A DNA stretch of 64,000 nucleotides from Nitrospirota bacterium (GCA_963737155.1 CAVTRN010000002.1:544001-608000), one strand, 5' to 3'. Positions 20,137-30,795 are shown, counted from the first letter of the stretch. The notes: generated from the letters alone by a model not told the origin. Program-made: numbers and translations.

Positions 20137-21771
20137 CCTAAAAAGAGCAGTTACCCTCAATCAGAGCCACTTATCCACACCATAACGGCAGAAGTTCAGG
20201 CGCCTGCAACGGTTTTCCACCCAGCAGTTTGAAAAATGCACGGCTCAAGATACGTCGCCACCGTTCACCTGGAGTCAACTGCTCCGCAGTTGTTTTCAGG
20301 ATGGCTAGAAAGCGGGATATCTCATCGAGAATGCGCTGAACTTTCCCAGAGCTTGCGTGCGCACTCGTGATGGTCATCATGGTCTGCCCTTGATGGCGTG
20401 TTTGTTTGCCAACCGCATGCAGAAGAAGTGGACGACTCGTAATTGCCTCCAAGTGTTTGTCCGGATGAGCAAGCCTCACGAAGAGCGACCACCAGTTGTA
20501 AACTAATGCTACGGTCCGCGCCATGAAGCCGCAGCGCTTAAGGTCCCGGGTCGTATATCCGCCCCACCCCCACTGATTCTTCAACTCGTCAAAAATATTC
20601 TCTGCATCCGCACGATCACGGTAGTGTTGGGCGATTGTGAGAATCTCGTCTTTGAGGGTGGTGGCTAGTACTGCATACTCATATCGCTTGGCAACTCCGG
20701 GCGCTTCCACAAACCCAAGTTCCATCTGATCCTTCTGCTGCAGGCTTATTGCTACGTCTCCCGTGAGCACTCGTCGAAGGATAATAACGCGACGAGATTT
20801 CTGCCATCCCATGAGTTGAAGGGATTCTTCCACACCCTCCCAGCCCTGTCCGGCATCTACCCAATCGTTACTATAGAATGCCTTCTCAATAAGCCTCCGC
20901 ACGTTCTTCGTGAGGCGTAGCTTCACGAGATAGGGCAATTCTTTTTCTTCTGCCTGACTCATGAAGCCGTCCGTGCCCCAGCCTGAATCCCCCCGGAAAA
21001 AGGCAGGCCAAAAGCGACGCGGGAGTCGTTCCAGAAGCTGCCATAACCCCGGGGTGCTGTAACACGTCGCTGTTTTGTTTCCGGCCTGCACCTCAACATC
21101 CAAAACAAGCCGGGTATTGGCCATCAGGTAACTGTGATAGGTGTGAGACGGCCTGCCGGGCTTATGCGGGTTGTAACCAATGACCGCGCCCTCTTGTTTT
21201 CCGTACAACGGTTTGACCGTCGTATCTCCGTCCATAATCCATGGCATGCACAGGAGGGATTCATAACATCGCCTCATGTGCTCAGTAAGCCATGAGATGC
21301 CGGCATGCTCATCCATCTGCTTAAATCCCCGCCGTACGGTGTCTTCGCTCACGACCTTCGTCATGCCGAGCAGTGCCGGGTTGACATTATCGCTTCGAAC
21401 GCTCGTCATGTGGGAATAACGATGGTGACCGGCTAGAACGGACAACAGGACCGTACCGAGAAGATCGCGTTTCTCGGGTGCGTTAGGACTCGTGTAGTGC
21501 AGTGGACAGTCTGCTACCCATGGTTCGTAGATTCCACCCGTCTTCAAAAAATCGATGAAGAACGCCAGCTGGCCCATTGGCGTAACGGCTGCTGTTGAAT
21601 CCCATTCAACATGCACTTTTCCTGCAAAGGTATCGACTGCAATTCTATCTGTTTTATCTGTAGGTGGAGATGAAATCGAGTCACCCATTGGGTGAGACCT
21701 CCTTGTTGAAAGAAGTATCATAGTATCCAATAGTTAACTCAGATTTGCAAGGCCCAACTGCCGTTTATAGG
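20137..21771 (-). mobile_element. IS1380-family element
   Basis: IRs CCTAAAAAGAGCAGTT / CCTATAAACGGCAGTT (13/16); 5-bp duplication TTCAT at 20132-20136 and 21772-21776. Confidence 0.88.
20171..21730 (-). CDS. IS1380-like DDE transposase
   Basis: MDGDTTVKPLYGKQEGA..GYNP, FRGDSGWG, YRDRADAENIFDELKNQWG. Confidence 0.9.
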   Translation of the reverse strand: MDTMILLSTRRSHPMGDSISSPPTDKTDRIAVDTFAGKVHVEWDSTAAVTPMGQLAFFIDFLKTGGIYEPWVADCPLHYTSPNAPEKRDLLGTVLLSVLAGHHRYSHMTSVRSDNVNPALLGMTKVVSEDTVRRGFKQMDEHAGISWLTEHMRRCYESLLCMPWIMDGDTTVKPLYGKQEGAVIGYNPHKPGRPSHTYHSYLMANTRLVLDVEVQAGNKTATCYSTPGLWQLLERLPRRFWPAFFRGDSGWGTDGFMSQAEEKELPYLVKLRLTKNVRRLIEKAFYSNDWVDAGQGWEGVEESLQLMGWQKSRRVIILRRVLTGDVAISLQQKDQMELGFVEAPGVAKRYEYAVLATTLKDEILTIAQHYRDRADAENIFDELKNQWGWGGYTTRDLKRCGFMARTVALVYNWWSLFVRLAHPDKHLEAITSRPLLLHAVGKQTRHQGQTMMTITSAHASSGKVQRILDEISRFLAILKTTAEQLTPGERWRRILSRAFFKLLGGKPLQAPELLPLWCG

Positions 21772-21896
21772 TTCATCGGTTTCACGAGACTCCAGCGAAG
21801 CTGCTCAACCCATCCCCGAACGACCTTGAGCGCCCATGTCTTTGAATTATCAATCCCAGTGTCGGAAAGGACTCCTTCATCAAATATGACTTAAAA

Positions 21897-22035
21897 TAAG
21901 TGAATTACCCCGCAGCAAGCTGCGGGGCATCGGAACTTGAAACCTTAAAAAAGCACAACAAAGAAGCTGAAGACTTATCCTGGCTTCGCCAGGATGTCCT
22001 TTTCATCCCAGCAGCAAGCTGCTGGGTATTTCAGG
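21897..22035. mobile_element. non-autonomous IS200/IS605-type palindromic MITE (PATE/REP-like)
   Basis: Two related hairpins, CCCCGCAGC-AA-GCTGCGGGG (21908-21927) and CCCAGCAGC-AA-GCTGCTGGG (22007-22026), enclose a third hairpin ATCCTGGC-TTC-GCCAGGAT. Ends are approximate. Confidence 0.6.
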
Positions 22036-22065
22036 ACTGTTTTATAAAGAACCAGAGTTCCTCGG

Positions 22066-22461
22066 TTAAGTATTGGATTCAAGAGTCGCTAGAGAAATAA
22101 GCTTTCCGACGGCCGCATGTATTTCCGTTGATGTGAACGGTTTTATCAAAAGACCCTCTGAGAGTTGGAGGGCTTCCTTCCACTCTTCTTCCTGACCCTT
22201 AGAGAAAACAGTAATAATAGGGATATTTTTAAAAGCTTCCTGCTCCTTAACCCTCTTGATGAATTCAAGACCGTTCATGTGAGGCATGTGCATATCAACA
22301 ATAAGTAGAGTTATGTCAGGATTCTGGGTGAGTTTATTCAGCCCTTCCTGTCCATTGAGTGCTGTTAGAACGGGACATTTATATCTCGTCAGTGTTATCT
22401 GATAAATATGATGAAGAACGGCTGAATCATCAACAACAAGGATCTTGCATAACCCATTCAA
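22066..22461 (-). CDS. single-domain response regulator (CheY-like)
   Basis: ILVVDDS, IVDMHMPHMNGLEF, LIKPF; TTG start after AAGGAG. Confidence 0.88.
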   Translation of the reverse strand: MNGLCKILVVDDSAVLHHIYQITLTRYKCPVLTALNGQEGLNKLTQNPDITLLIVDMHMPHMNGLEFIKRVKEQEAFKNIPIITVFSKGQEEEWKEALQLSEGLLIKPFTSTEIHAAVGKLISLATLESNT

Positions 22462-22940
22462 AATGATCTCCTTTTATGCCAGAGGAATAATGCCCTAATA
22501 TTGCAGAGTAGTGGTGGCATAATAAGTTTAATTTGATGTAATGTCAATGATTGTTCCTGTCCACTTAACGTTGCCTGCCTGGCAAATAATGTGATATATT
22601 TAAATATATTCCGAAGCGGGCTAAATTATGTCATTAAGAGAAGAAGTATCACGATTCCACAATGGAAACAATATTATGTCCTTACACACCTATCTATGCA
22701 AAAGAATCTAACACATGGAAATTTGTTATGGTACTGACTGAATTTCCCGGTGTGCTTTTTTGATGATAATGGACCTGCTGTTTTTTTAACTTGCAATTCC
22801 CTGTAGCTACAGGGTCACCGCATGGAGGGAAGAGTTTGAGAAACTGCAGGTTTCTCATGAGATAATCATCTTCCTTGTCTGGATTATGAACACAGAATGT
22901 TTTAATGAAACAGGTGCTGATTGTAAAAAAGGAGAGAGCC

Positions 22941-23147
22941 ATGAATTGCTGGGAGTTTAAGAGGTGCGACAATAAAGAAAATTGTCCAGCATTTCCCTTA
23001 AATGGGCAAAAGTGTGCCATTGTATTGGGCACATTATGTATTGGCGAAGTCCAAGATAGTTATAGTGATAAGCTTGAGCGTTGCTATAAATGTGATTATT
23101 TTAGAAGTGGCTTTCACGCAAAAACCAATATTGGTGAAGCTGGATGA
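22941..23147 (+). CDS. small Cys-rich two-CW-type protein
   Basis: MNCWEFKRC...CPA...C...GTLC.G.VQ..Y..K...CYKCDYF; AAGGAG RBS. Confidence 0.75.
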   Translation: MNCWEFKRCDNKENCPAFPLNGQKCAIVLGTLCIGEVQDSYSDKLERCYKCDYFRSGFHAKTNIGEAG

Positions 23148-23307
23148 TTGGGTGGGGAAAAAGTACCGAAAGTCGGATTTATTATAAATGGCATTCTTGG
23201 GAAAGGGCTTTACGAATACAGGTTGTACCTATTTTATATGTTGCGAAGAATGGCGACTACAAGAGTTTCAGGAAGATTCGTAGAAAAGTATGCGCCGCAT
23301 TATAAAA

Positions 23308-24225
23308 TCAGGTTCCCCGTTCTTCTTGCCTTACAGGCACCAGTAGCAGCGGAATAACGGAGCGCCGAGTCACATTCGGTGTGGCGCTTCCCGACCAGAA
23401 GGCATCCATGCCGGTCTTCCCGTGAGTTCCTAGAACGATCAGATCGGCCTCTGTTTCCTTCGCCGTGACAACAATGGTTGTGACGGGATCGCCGCGACGG
23501 ACATCGGCCCTTGCTGTTATGCCCATAGACAGTAATGCGGCAACGTGTCGGTGCAGGTACTCTTTCGCATCCAGCTCTGCCAGATCCAGCAATATATGTG
23601 TTGCCCCGGGCAGTATCTTTGCGGTGGCTGCTTCCTCGCCGGAAAGGGTGTTATATTTTTGAACCACCATAATCAAGCTCAACTCGGCTTCACAAATTTT
23701 TGCCAGACTTGCCGCTACGTTTAACCCCTTTTCGTGTTCAGGGTTACCGTCCAATGTCACCAACATCCTTTTACATATGAATGTGGGTGCCGCTCCGCTT
23801 ATAGATGGCGGTATGAGCAGGATGGGCGTTGTACCAAGCCCAACCACCTGTTGGGCGATTCTGCCAAACATAATGTCGCGCAGACCTCCACGACCATGGG
23901 TGCACATTACGATCAGGTCAGAGCCTAATTCCCTCTCATGTTCAGCAATACTTTGAGCTACGTTGTTCACCTTATTGCTGTGAATATGCCGTTCAACAGT
24001 TATTTCCGGTGGAAAAGCACGTGCAGCCACTTCATCAATGTATCTCTCGGCGTCGCCGAGGTTAGTCAGATGCCGTTCGCCGTGGATTTCCTGTGGCGCA
24101 TCGCGCTCAATGACATGGAGCAGGGAGACCCTGGCTTTCAAAGCCCTGGCAAAATAAATGGCAGCGGGCAGTGCCGCTTCCGCAAGGTGCGATCCGTCCA
24201 AGGGGACTAACAGATGTTTGAACAT
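23308..24225 (-). CDS. tandem universal stress protein
   Basis: HLLVPLDGS, DLIVMCTHGRGG, DLIVLGTHGKTG. Confidence 0.92.
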   Translation of the reverse strand: MFKHLLVPLDGSHLAEAALPAAIYFARALKARVSLLHVIERDAPQEIHGERHLTNLGDAERYIDEVAARAFPPEITVERHIHSNKVNNVAQSIAEHERELGSDLIVMCTHGRGGLRDIMFGRIAQQVVGLGTTPILLIPPSISGAAPTFICKRMLVTLDGNPEHEKGLNVAASLAKICEAELSLIMVVQKYNTLSGEEAATAKILPGATHILLDLAELDAKEYLHRHVAALLSMGITARADVRRGDPVTTIVVTAKETEADLIVLGTHGKTGMDAFWSGSATPNVTRRSVIPLLLVPVRQEERGT

Positions 24226-24226
24226 A

Positions 24227-25537
24227 TTATAACCCCGTTATAAATACCTGATAAACCAGGTAAACGTTTAAGGCTAAAATCAAAGCCACCACAATACTTG
24301 TGAGCGCCGTTGTAGCAGGGTGGTTGACCAATATTCCCATCAGGTTTTTGCGTCTGGTGAACACGATCAGTGGAACAATCGCGAATGGAAGTCCGAAGCT
24401 TAGCACTACCTGGCTAACGACCAGGGTGCGGGTTGGGTCCAGACCGATGAAGATAACTACCAGGGATGGAATAATTGTAACCAGACGGCGAACCCAGACG
24501 GGAATTCGCCGTTGCAAAAATCCCTGCATCATAACCTGGCCCGCCATTGTCCCGACAGCAGAGGAAGACAGGCCGGAAGTCAGAAGTGAAATGGCAAAGA
24601 TCCAGCTTGATGCCGTGCCCAGCAGTGGTTCCAGGGTGCGATGAGCTGTCTCGAGACTTGCAACCTGGGTTAGTCCATGTTTGAAGAACGTTGAGGCTGC
24701 CATGATCAGCATCCCCATGTTGACCAAGCTTGCTACCCCCATAGCAACGACCACATCCACTATTCCATAATGGTACAGGCGCCGTAATTGGTTCGAATCC
24801 TTGGCTACAATGCGGCCTTGAGTGAGTGCAGAATGCAGATAGATGGCGTGTGGCATGACCGTTGCGCCCACTATCCCGGTCGCCAGCAATATGCTCTCTG
24901 TTCCGGAAAATTGTGGAACGACTGAGTGGTATAGCACATCGCCCCAGTTCGGCTTGTCCAGGATGGTTTCGATCAGGTAACTGACAGTTACAACGCCTGC
25001 CAAAGCTGTAATGACCGCCTCGACCGGACGGAAGCCGTAACGCTCTAGACCGAGGATGAGGAAAGTGGTGGCGGCGGTTATGAGACCGGCCAGCCAGAGG
25101 GGGGTGCCAAATAGGAGATTAAAGCCGACGGCCGCGCCTATGAACTCGGCCAGGTCGGTCGCAATCGCCACAATCTCCATCAATACCCACATCGTAATAA
25201 CGACAGGGCGTGAAAAATGATTGCGGCAATGTTCGGCCAGATTAAGTCCCGTGGCGATGCCGAGCTTGGCCGACAGAGCCTGGAGCAGCATTGCCATCAG
25301 GTTACTGGCAACGATGACCCATAGCAGGGTGTATCCGAATTTGGCGCCACCCTGGATGTTGGTGGCGAAGTTGCCAGGATCGATATAAGCGACACTGGCG
25401 ATGAAGGCAGGTCCCAGAAAAGGGAGAAGGCGGGATAAGCGTCCCTTCTGGCTACGATCAGCCAGAACATCCATAGCAGTATCGATCGTCCCTTGATCGC
25501 CGATTTTCTTGCGTTGAGTCTTATCGGATTCATCCAT
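24227..25537 (-). CDS. mntH: Nramp family Mn2+/Fe2+ transporter
   Basis: AYIDPGNFATN, GATVMPHAIYLHS, SQVVLS. Confidence 0.95.
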   Translation of the reverse strand: MDESDKTQRKKIGDQGTIDTAMDVLADRSQKGRLSRLLPFLGPAFIASVAYIDPGNFATNIQGGAKFGYTLLWVIVASNLMAMLLQALSAKLGIATGLNLAEHCRNHFSRPVVITMWVLMEIVAIATDLAEFIGAAVGFNLLFGTPLWLAGLITAATTFLILGLERYGFRPVEAVITALAGVVTVSYLIETILDKPNWGDVLYHSVVPQFSGTESILLATGIVGATVMPHAIYLHSALTQGRIVAKDSNQLRRLYHYGIVDVVVAMGVASLVNMGMLIMAASTFFKHGLTQVASLETAHRTLEPLLGTASSWIFAISLLTSGLSSSAVGTMAGQVMMQGFLQRRIPVWVRRLVTIIPSLVVIFIGLDPTRTLVVSQVVLSFGLPFAIVPLIVFTRRKNLMGILVNHPATTALTSIVVALILALNVYLVYQVFITGL

Positions 25538-26044
25538 AAGGGCTCTTATGTGTTTTCGTGAATGCGTATACTACGCGTTTCATTCATGACGTTTCAGACG
25601 GCTAGTTACGAAATTGACTGGATTATCAATCGATGCGACGATGTTCTGGAAACCAATCGATAGTTAATAAATTTAAGTATACACGAGTCGCATTTGAAAG
25701 AAAATCCGGGGTGTTTTTTTACAGTTTTTTTGAGTGAGAATTACGAAATGAAACTTGCACTCCACTAGTTATCAATCGATCGCATCTTTCAGTTTTGTCA
25801 TTATCCTGGTCCTCTGGGCTCCAGCTATCGTTTGCAACGCCAATAAATTGACGATGGCAAAGAATGACACCTGTATCATGTAGTCAATGCAGCGATATGT
25901 GGCGCGCTGATTTTCCCCAAATTATTGAACCAAACAGAGTGTAGAGTATTAGAGTGAGTTTAGAGCTAAAGAAGGGACAGGATAAAATACCTACAAGTAC
26001 GCTCGAATATTTTTTTCCGTACGGGTGAGCATTACCATTAAATA

Positions 26045-27667
26045 GAGTCTGTATTTTAATGCAAAAAACGCATTGCGCGAGTGCGACCGAGGACGCCGTA
26101 AGATGTGGTAATTCCCCCGCATTCGCGTTTATAGCCTCGCCGTTTGAGGTAGTTTCGTAATAACATAGCCATAATGCTAATTTTGAACGCACTGGTGCTA
26201 TAAGGGTTGATTGATGATTGAGTTTTCGTTACTATCGGGCCGTTTGAATCTTGGTGATCAGCAGTCCAGTCATAACCCGAATATTATACGCAATTGCACT
26301 CCAGTAAATCTTCGCGTTGAAGTGTGGTCGTGTCTTCCATTCGCAGCGAAACATATCGAACCCTCTTTTGAAATTCGATATGACAGCCTCGATGCCGCTC
26401 CGCCACTTCTTAAGACGCGTTTCCAGGTTCAGGCTGCTCGTCAAATTCTTGAGCGATCCAACGATCTTGTTGAATACGATATTGACGACCCCTTTATCTT
26501 TCGCCAGTTGCTGGTTCAAGAGAGACGCATAGCCGCCGTCCGTCGTCATATCGCGCGGCACGATGCCATAGTTTTCCTTGATTCGATCAATCACGCTGCC
26601 GTATTCCTGAGTGTCGCTGGGGTTGCCATCAAGAATCTTGCAGTCGATAATCAGCATGCTCGCACCTGTCGCCAGATTGATCTTATGCCCGAACGTCGCT
26701 TCACGTTTGCCTTTTACGATGATATCGGTATGATCCTCAAAGATCGAAAACAGCTTGTCCTCGTTCGGCACTTTCTCTCCAGGATCTCGTGGCGATGCGT
26801 CATGCTGTAAACCCTCTCCGCCTTCGGGAGAAGATTCTTGATTTCGGTCGCAAGAGCCAAAGCCGCATCATCTGCGTACCGAAGCGAAGGCAACACAACA
26901 AGCGCGGCCTCAGCCTGATTAATGCTGGTTCGAAGCAATTTCAACTGTTTTTCAAAGGTTTCTTTGCGCTTCTCGCCCGGCTTCGTGTTGTTGATCTTGC
27001 CGAAATGCTTCTTGGCCTGCTTCTTGTACCGCCGCCCCGTGATCACTCCACCGGTCTCTTCAGCGAGTTTTACGAGCAGCCGGTCAAAGGTCTTGATGCA
27101 GTCCCACATCAGCGAATTGTTCGTCGGATAATGGACGTTTGTCTCGATTGCCGTGGAATCGGTTCGCGCCTTGCTGAAATCATCAAGTCCTTCCGCTTGG
27201 GCAATCTTGTTGATTGCGATCATCACTTGCTCAAGCGTTTCCGCTTTGATCATCGAGATGTACTTCTGCCAGACCGAGAAGGATATGGGGGACCTGCCGT
27301 TAAGTTTGAGAAACAGCACGCAGATGCGAGAATCGTGTTGGGCGTACTCCAACTCCCGATATGTCAGCGTCTTCATCTCCTTATACAACGCGCCGCGCAG
27401 AATTTGCTCGATTGTGGGGGTGTCCTTTCTGCCAAGACTTTTTCCCGTGCTGCCCTTGAAGTCCCGTTTGACAAGCTCGTAAATTTCGGGATGCAACGAC
27501 AAAATCGTGTCGATAACCGCGAATTCCGTGTTGACTGCCCAGTGCGGATTCTCAAGCGTGAGTGTCAATTCGTTCAAAAGCTTCATCGTTTCCCCCTTGC
27601 TGATTTTGTTACGCCACTATACTTTTATCGTGCAGAATCAGCAAGTTAAATGATTAAATACAGACTC
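26045..27667 (-). mobile_element. ISNCY/IS5-like element
   Basis: Perfect 12-bp IR GAGTCTGTATTT; 6-bp duplication TAAATA at 26039-26044 and 27668-27673. Confidence 0.85.
26232..27586 (-). pseudogene. frameshifted DDE transposase (ISNCY/IS5-like)
   Basis: RTDSTAIETNVHYPT in the first ORF; KLFSIFEDHT, FGHK, DGGY, RSGIEAVIS in the second. One base is missing near 26780 (expected IL-GEKVPNEDK). Confidence 0.85.
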
Positions 27668-29406
27668 TAAATAGTTATAGCCATTTCGTTGGAGTAATTA
27701 CTTTCTTGTCCTGCTGTGTCCACATCCGAGAGGACAAAATAATACGTTCCGTGCGTTAGGTTTAATGTTTCGGTAATTGTCGTGAGTCCGGGATTTGGAA
27801 TGCTTACGACTTGTGTATAAACGCCTGATGCAGTTCCGTAATATATCTTATATGTTTGTATATCAGCCACCGGATTCAGCGGAGTTCCATCTGAATACGT
27901 CGTCGGGGCGTCCCAGGTAAGCGTTACAACGGCCGGTGCCTTAACTGTCAGTGATGCAGTCCCTGAAGTGCCTCCGAAGGAAGCAGAAATGACAGTCGAT
28001 CCGGTAGCTACGGCAGTGGCAAGCCCATTCGAGCCCGCTGCGTTGCTGACTGTTGCAACACCCGCGTTAGAGGTACTCCAGGTTGCCACGGCGGTCAGGT
28101 TCTGCGTCGTGCTGTTTGAGTACGTACCGGTAGCCGTAAATTGCTGCGTCGATCCCGTCGGGAGAGAAGAAGCAAGAGGCGTTATGGCAATTGAAACCAA
28201 TGTTTCCATAGATACAGTCAACTTGGTTGATCCTGATATACTCCCTGACGTAGCCGTGATCGTTACCATGCCTGGGGCTACCGCAGTGGCCAATCCTTTT
28301 GAACCTGCAGCGTTGCTGATGGCTGCGACAGATGTCGTCGATGAAACCCACGTCACGGACGTTGTCAGGTTTTGCGTCGAATTGTCGGAATACGTCCCTG
28401 TGGCAGTGAATTGCTGGGTGGTCCGGAGCGCGATGCTTGGATTGGCCGGCGTTATCGCCAGGGAAACGAGCGTTGCCGATGTTACGGTCAGCGTAGTAGA
28501 TCCTGACGTCGAACCCGATGTTGCCGTGATCGTTGTCGAGCCTGCGGCTATCGGTGTGGCCAGGCCTATTGAACCGGCTGTATTACTGATATTTGCTACA
28601 GACGTCGCCGACGAAGTCCAGGCTACTGACGTCGTCAGATTCTGTGTGGTGTTGTCGGAAAATATTCCAGTTGCTACGAACTGATAAGTCATTCCCAGTG
28701 CAATGCTCGGATTGGTGGGTGTTATTTCCAGGGAAACAAGCGTTGCCGGCGTTACCGTCAGCGTAGTAGATCCCGACATCGAACCCGATGCTGCCGTGAT
28801 CGTTGTCGAGCCCGCGGCTACCGGGGTGGCCAGTCCTATTGAACCGGCTGTATTACTGATATTTGCTATAGACGTCGCCGACGAAGTCCAGGCTACTGAC
28901 GTCGTCAGATTCTGTGTGGTGTTGTCAGAAAATATTCCTGTTGCTATGAACTGATAAGTCATTCCCCGTGCAATGCTCGGGTTGGTGGGCGTTATTTCCA
29001 GGGAAACAAGCGTTGCCGGTGTTACTGTCAGCGTAGTAGATCCTGACGTCGAACCCGATGTCGCCGTGATTATCGTAGAGCCGATGGCTGCTGCAGTAGC
29101 CACTCCCAGTGAACCCGCCGTATTGCTGATTCCTGCGACAGATGGTGACGATGAACTCCAGACTACCATCGATGTCAGGTCCTGGGTGGTGCTATCGGAA
29201 AATGTTCCCGTTGCAATGAACTGCTGAGATGTGCCCTTCGCTATGCTCGGGTTTGCAGGGGTGACTGCAAGGGACACGAGCGTTGCATTCACAGATACAC
29301 TTTGCACAGAAGACGAAACTGCGCCACCTCCTCCACATCCACCCAAGCTTATAAAAACACACAGAGATAGCAGCAAAATTTCAAATTTGTTGTGTCTACT
29401 AAACAT
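27667..29406 (-). CDS. surface lipoprotein with five Big_2 (Lig-like Ig) repeats and a C-terminal FN3-like domain
   Basis: Lipobox LGGC, 90-aa repeats LVSL.ITP..QF.ATG.SD..Q.LT..V.W.SS, then LTWDAP..YKIYYG..YYFV..ES.YSNE. Confidence 0.88.
   Translation of the reverse strand: MFSRHNKFEILLLSLCVFISLGGCGGGGAVSSSVQSVSVNATLVSLAVTPANPSIAKGTSQQFIATGTFSDSTTQDLTSMVVWSSSSPSVAGISNTAGSLGVATAAAIGSTIITATSGSTSGSTTLTVTPATLVSLEITPTNPSIARGMTYQFIATGIFSDNTTQNLTTSVAWTSSATSIANISNTAGSIGLATPVAAGSTTITAASGSMSGSTTLTVTPATLVSLEITPTNPSIALGMTYQFVATGIFSDNTTQNLTTSVAWTSSATSVANISNTAGSIGLATPIAAGSTTITATSGSTSGSTTLTVTSATLVSLAITPANPSIALRTTQQFTATGTYSDNSTQNLTTSVTWVSSTTSVAAISNAAGSKGLATAVAPGMVTITATSGSISGSTKLTVSMETLVSIAITPLASSLPTGSTQQFTATGTYSNSTTQNLTAVATWSTSNAGVATVSNAAGSNGLATAVATGSTVISASFGGTSGTASLTVKAPAVVTLTWDAPTTYSDGTPLNPVADIQTYKIYYGTASGVYTQVVSIPNPGLTTITETLNLTHGTYYFVLSDVDTAGQESNYSNEMAITI
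27940..29290. repeat. five tandem 270-bp units
   Basis: Equivalent positions at 28188, 28458, 28728, 28998 and 29268; the two units covering about 28480-29020 are nearly identical. Confidence 0.9.
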
Positions 29407-30795
29407 GTGATTTTCCTGTTATACGCAGAATTCAGGTTGAAAGTTTACAAGTTTTCATGGATGGTATCTGCAACAGATGCAGGGATGAGCCGATACGCAT
29501 GCTTCAACTACAGTGCTACACATGATCTGAAATTATGTCTATTGCGTTTGCACCTACAATCCTGTAATTTGAAAAAGTGAAACAATCATTAGATACTTCT
29601 TGAAGTTCGCGACAGTTACTTCTTTCCATTCTCCATAACTATTTTTTTGGCAAACGTAATTTCAGGGCCTTTTCTTGTTTGAAACTGGTGTAAATATGTG
29701 GACAAAAGTTTAACGTTGTGATACACATAAACCAATTATGCGTTCAAATCCTAAAGCCTTCTTCTACGCCTTAGTTCAAACCGCTATTGTTTCATGCAAA
29801 GGTGGTGGGTAAATCTTCTGAATGGATGGGTTGATTATATGAAATAATTACTTAATGTCAAGAAATTTTATGAACATTTTAAGGGATGTTAACTATAAGG
29901 ACATAGGTTACAAGATTGTAACGGGCCAAAACGTCAAGATATCTGTTTCTGATGCACCTCGTTACTCTTTGCTCATCGTTTCAGCCATGATCATGTCTTT
30001 CGCATTTTCATGAATAGAGGTAACTACCAAATAGTACAAGAAGGCTCTTCGTTTTTGTATTCTCCTACCTGTACCGTATAACAAAAACACAATGTCGATG
30101 TTTTCCAACAGAATATTTGATAAAATGTTGCAGAATCCAGCTATAAAAATGATTAAAGTACTCTTAGCGCTTTTAAGAGATAAACGGGTTTTCATGACAC
30201 CGTGACTTTTGGATCTCTGGAGGGATAGACGAAGCAAAAATTCTGAAGTGGTTGTGGTGGAAGGAGGGCCATTTTTCAATGTTGGAACAATGTGGTTTGC
30301 AAGATTCAGCTTGGTCTACTTCCACCACCCTTTGACCTAAATAAAGTACGTTGAGCAAAAGGCTCGAAGAACAAAAGAGATTAGGTAAAGGGATTACGAG
30401 GGTGAAGCAACACCGCAACCATACAACGTTAACAGAATATCTTGGGAAAAAACTTGAAATATTTTATAGAAGAGCATGAAAATTGAGTTGCAAAAAATGG
30501 GAACTCAACTTAAGGAAATAGCGAGGACTAAAAACTTCAAGCTGAATTATTCATTTTCTTTTTGATCCTGGTCCTCCGAGCTCCACCTGCTATCCTGGAA
30601 AATTCATATTTTATGACGATTTCAAGGAAATCTAGATGTATCTTGCATCGAGATTTTGTTCCTGTTTTGTCTGGATCAGTTTGTGGGGAACCCTCACAAC
30701 ACAAAAAAACTAAATCTTCACCCCGTAAAATAACCGTGGACAGGTCAGGAAACGCTATTTTCACTCACCTACGAGGTATTGCCTAAAGTCTGGTA

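Larger units (their letters stand above)
20017..21845 (-). pseudogene. second ISL3 transposase relic, split by IS1380
   Basis: Removing 20137-21771 and one TSD gives TWALKVVRGWVEQLRWSLVKPMKQFALMVEMHLDDI*IYCGMKAPLGSIGSANTKARNTIR. Confidence 0.75.

Noticed and set aside
21900-22100. ORF MNYPAASCGAS...
   Set aside because: Translation of the palindromic repeat element, not a protein.
25540-25700. yybP-ykoY Mn riboswitch upstream of mntH
   Set aside because: Conserved core not recognisable on the minus strand.
26770-26790. Programmed frameshift in the ISNCY transposase
   Set aside because: No slippery heptamer; a 1-bp loss or sequencing error is simpler.
27968-28684. Long antisense ORFs (also 26789-27649, 58685-59539, 60122-60706 and others)
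   Set aside because: Shadows of well-supported genes on the opposite strand with biased codon use.
29960-30790. Short ORFs in AT-rich spacers (also 39633-40184, 50013-50349, 51032-51436)
   Set aside because: No motifs or convincing RBS; possibly decayed genes but unassignable by eye.
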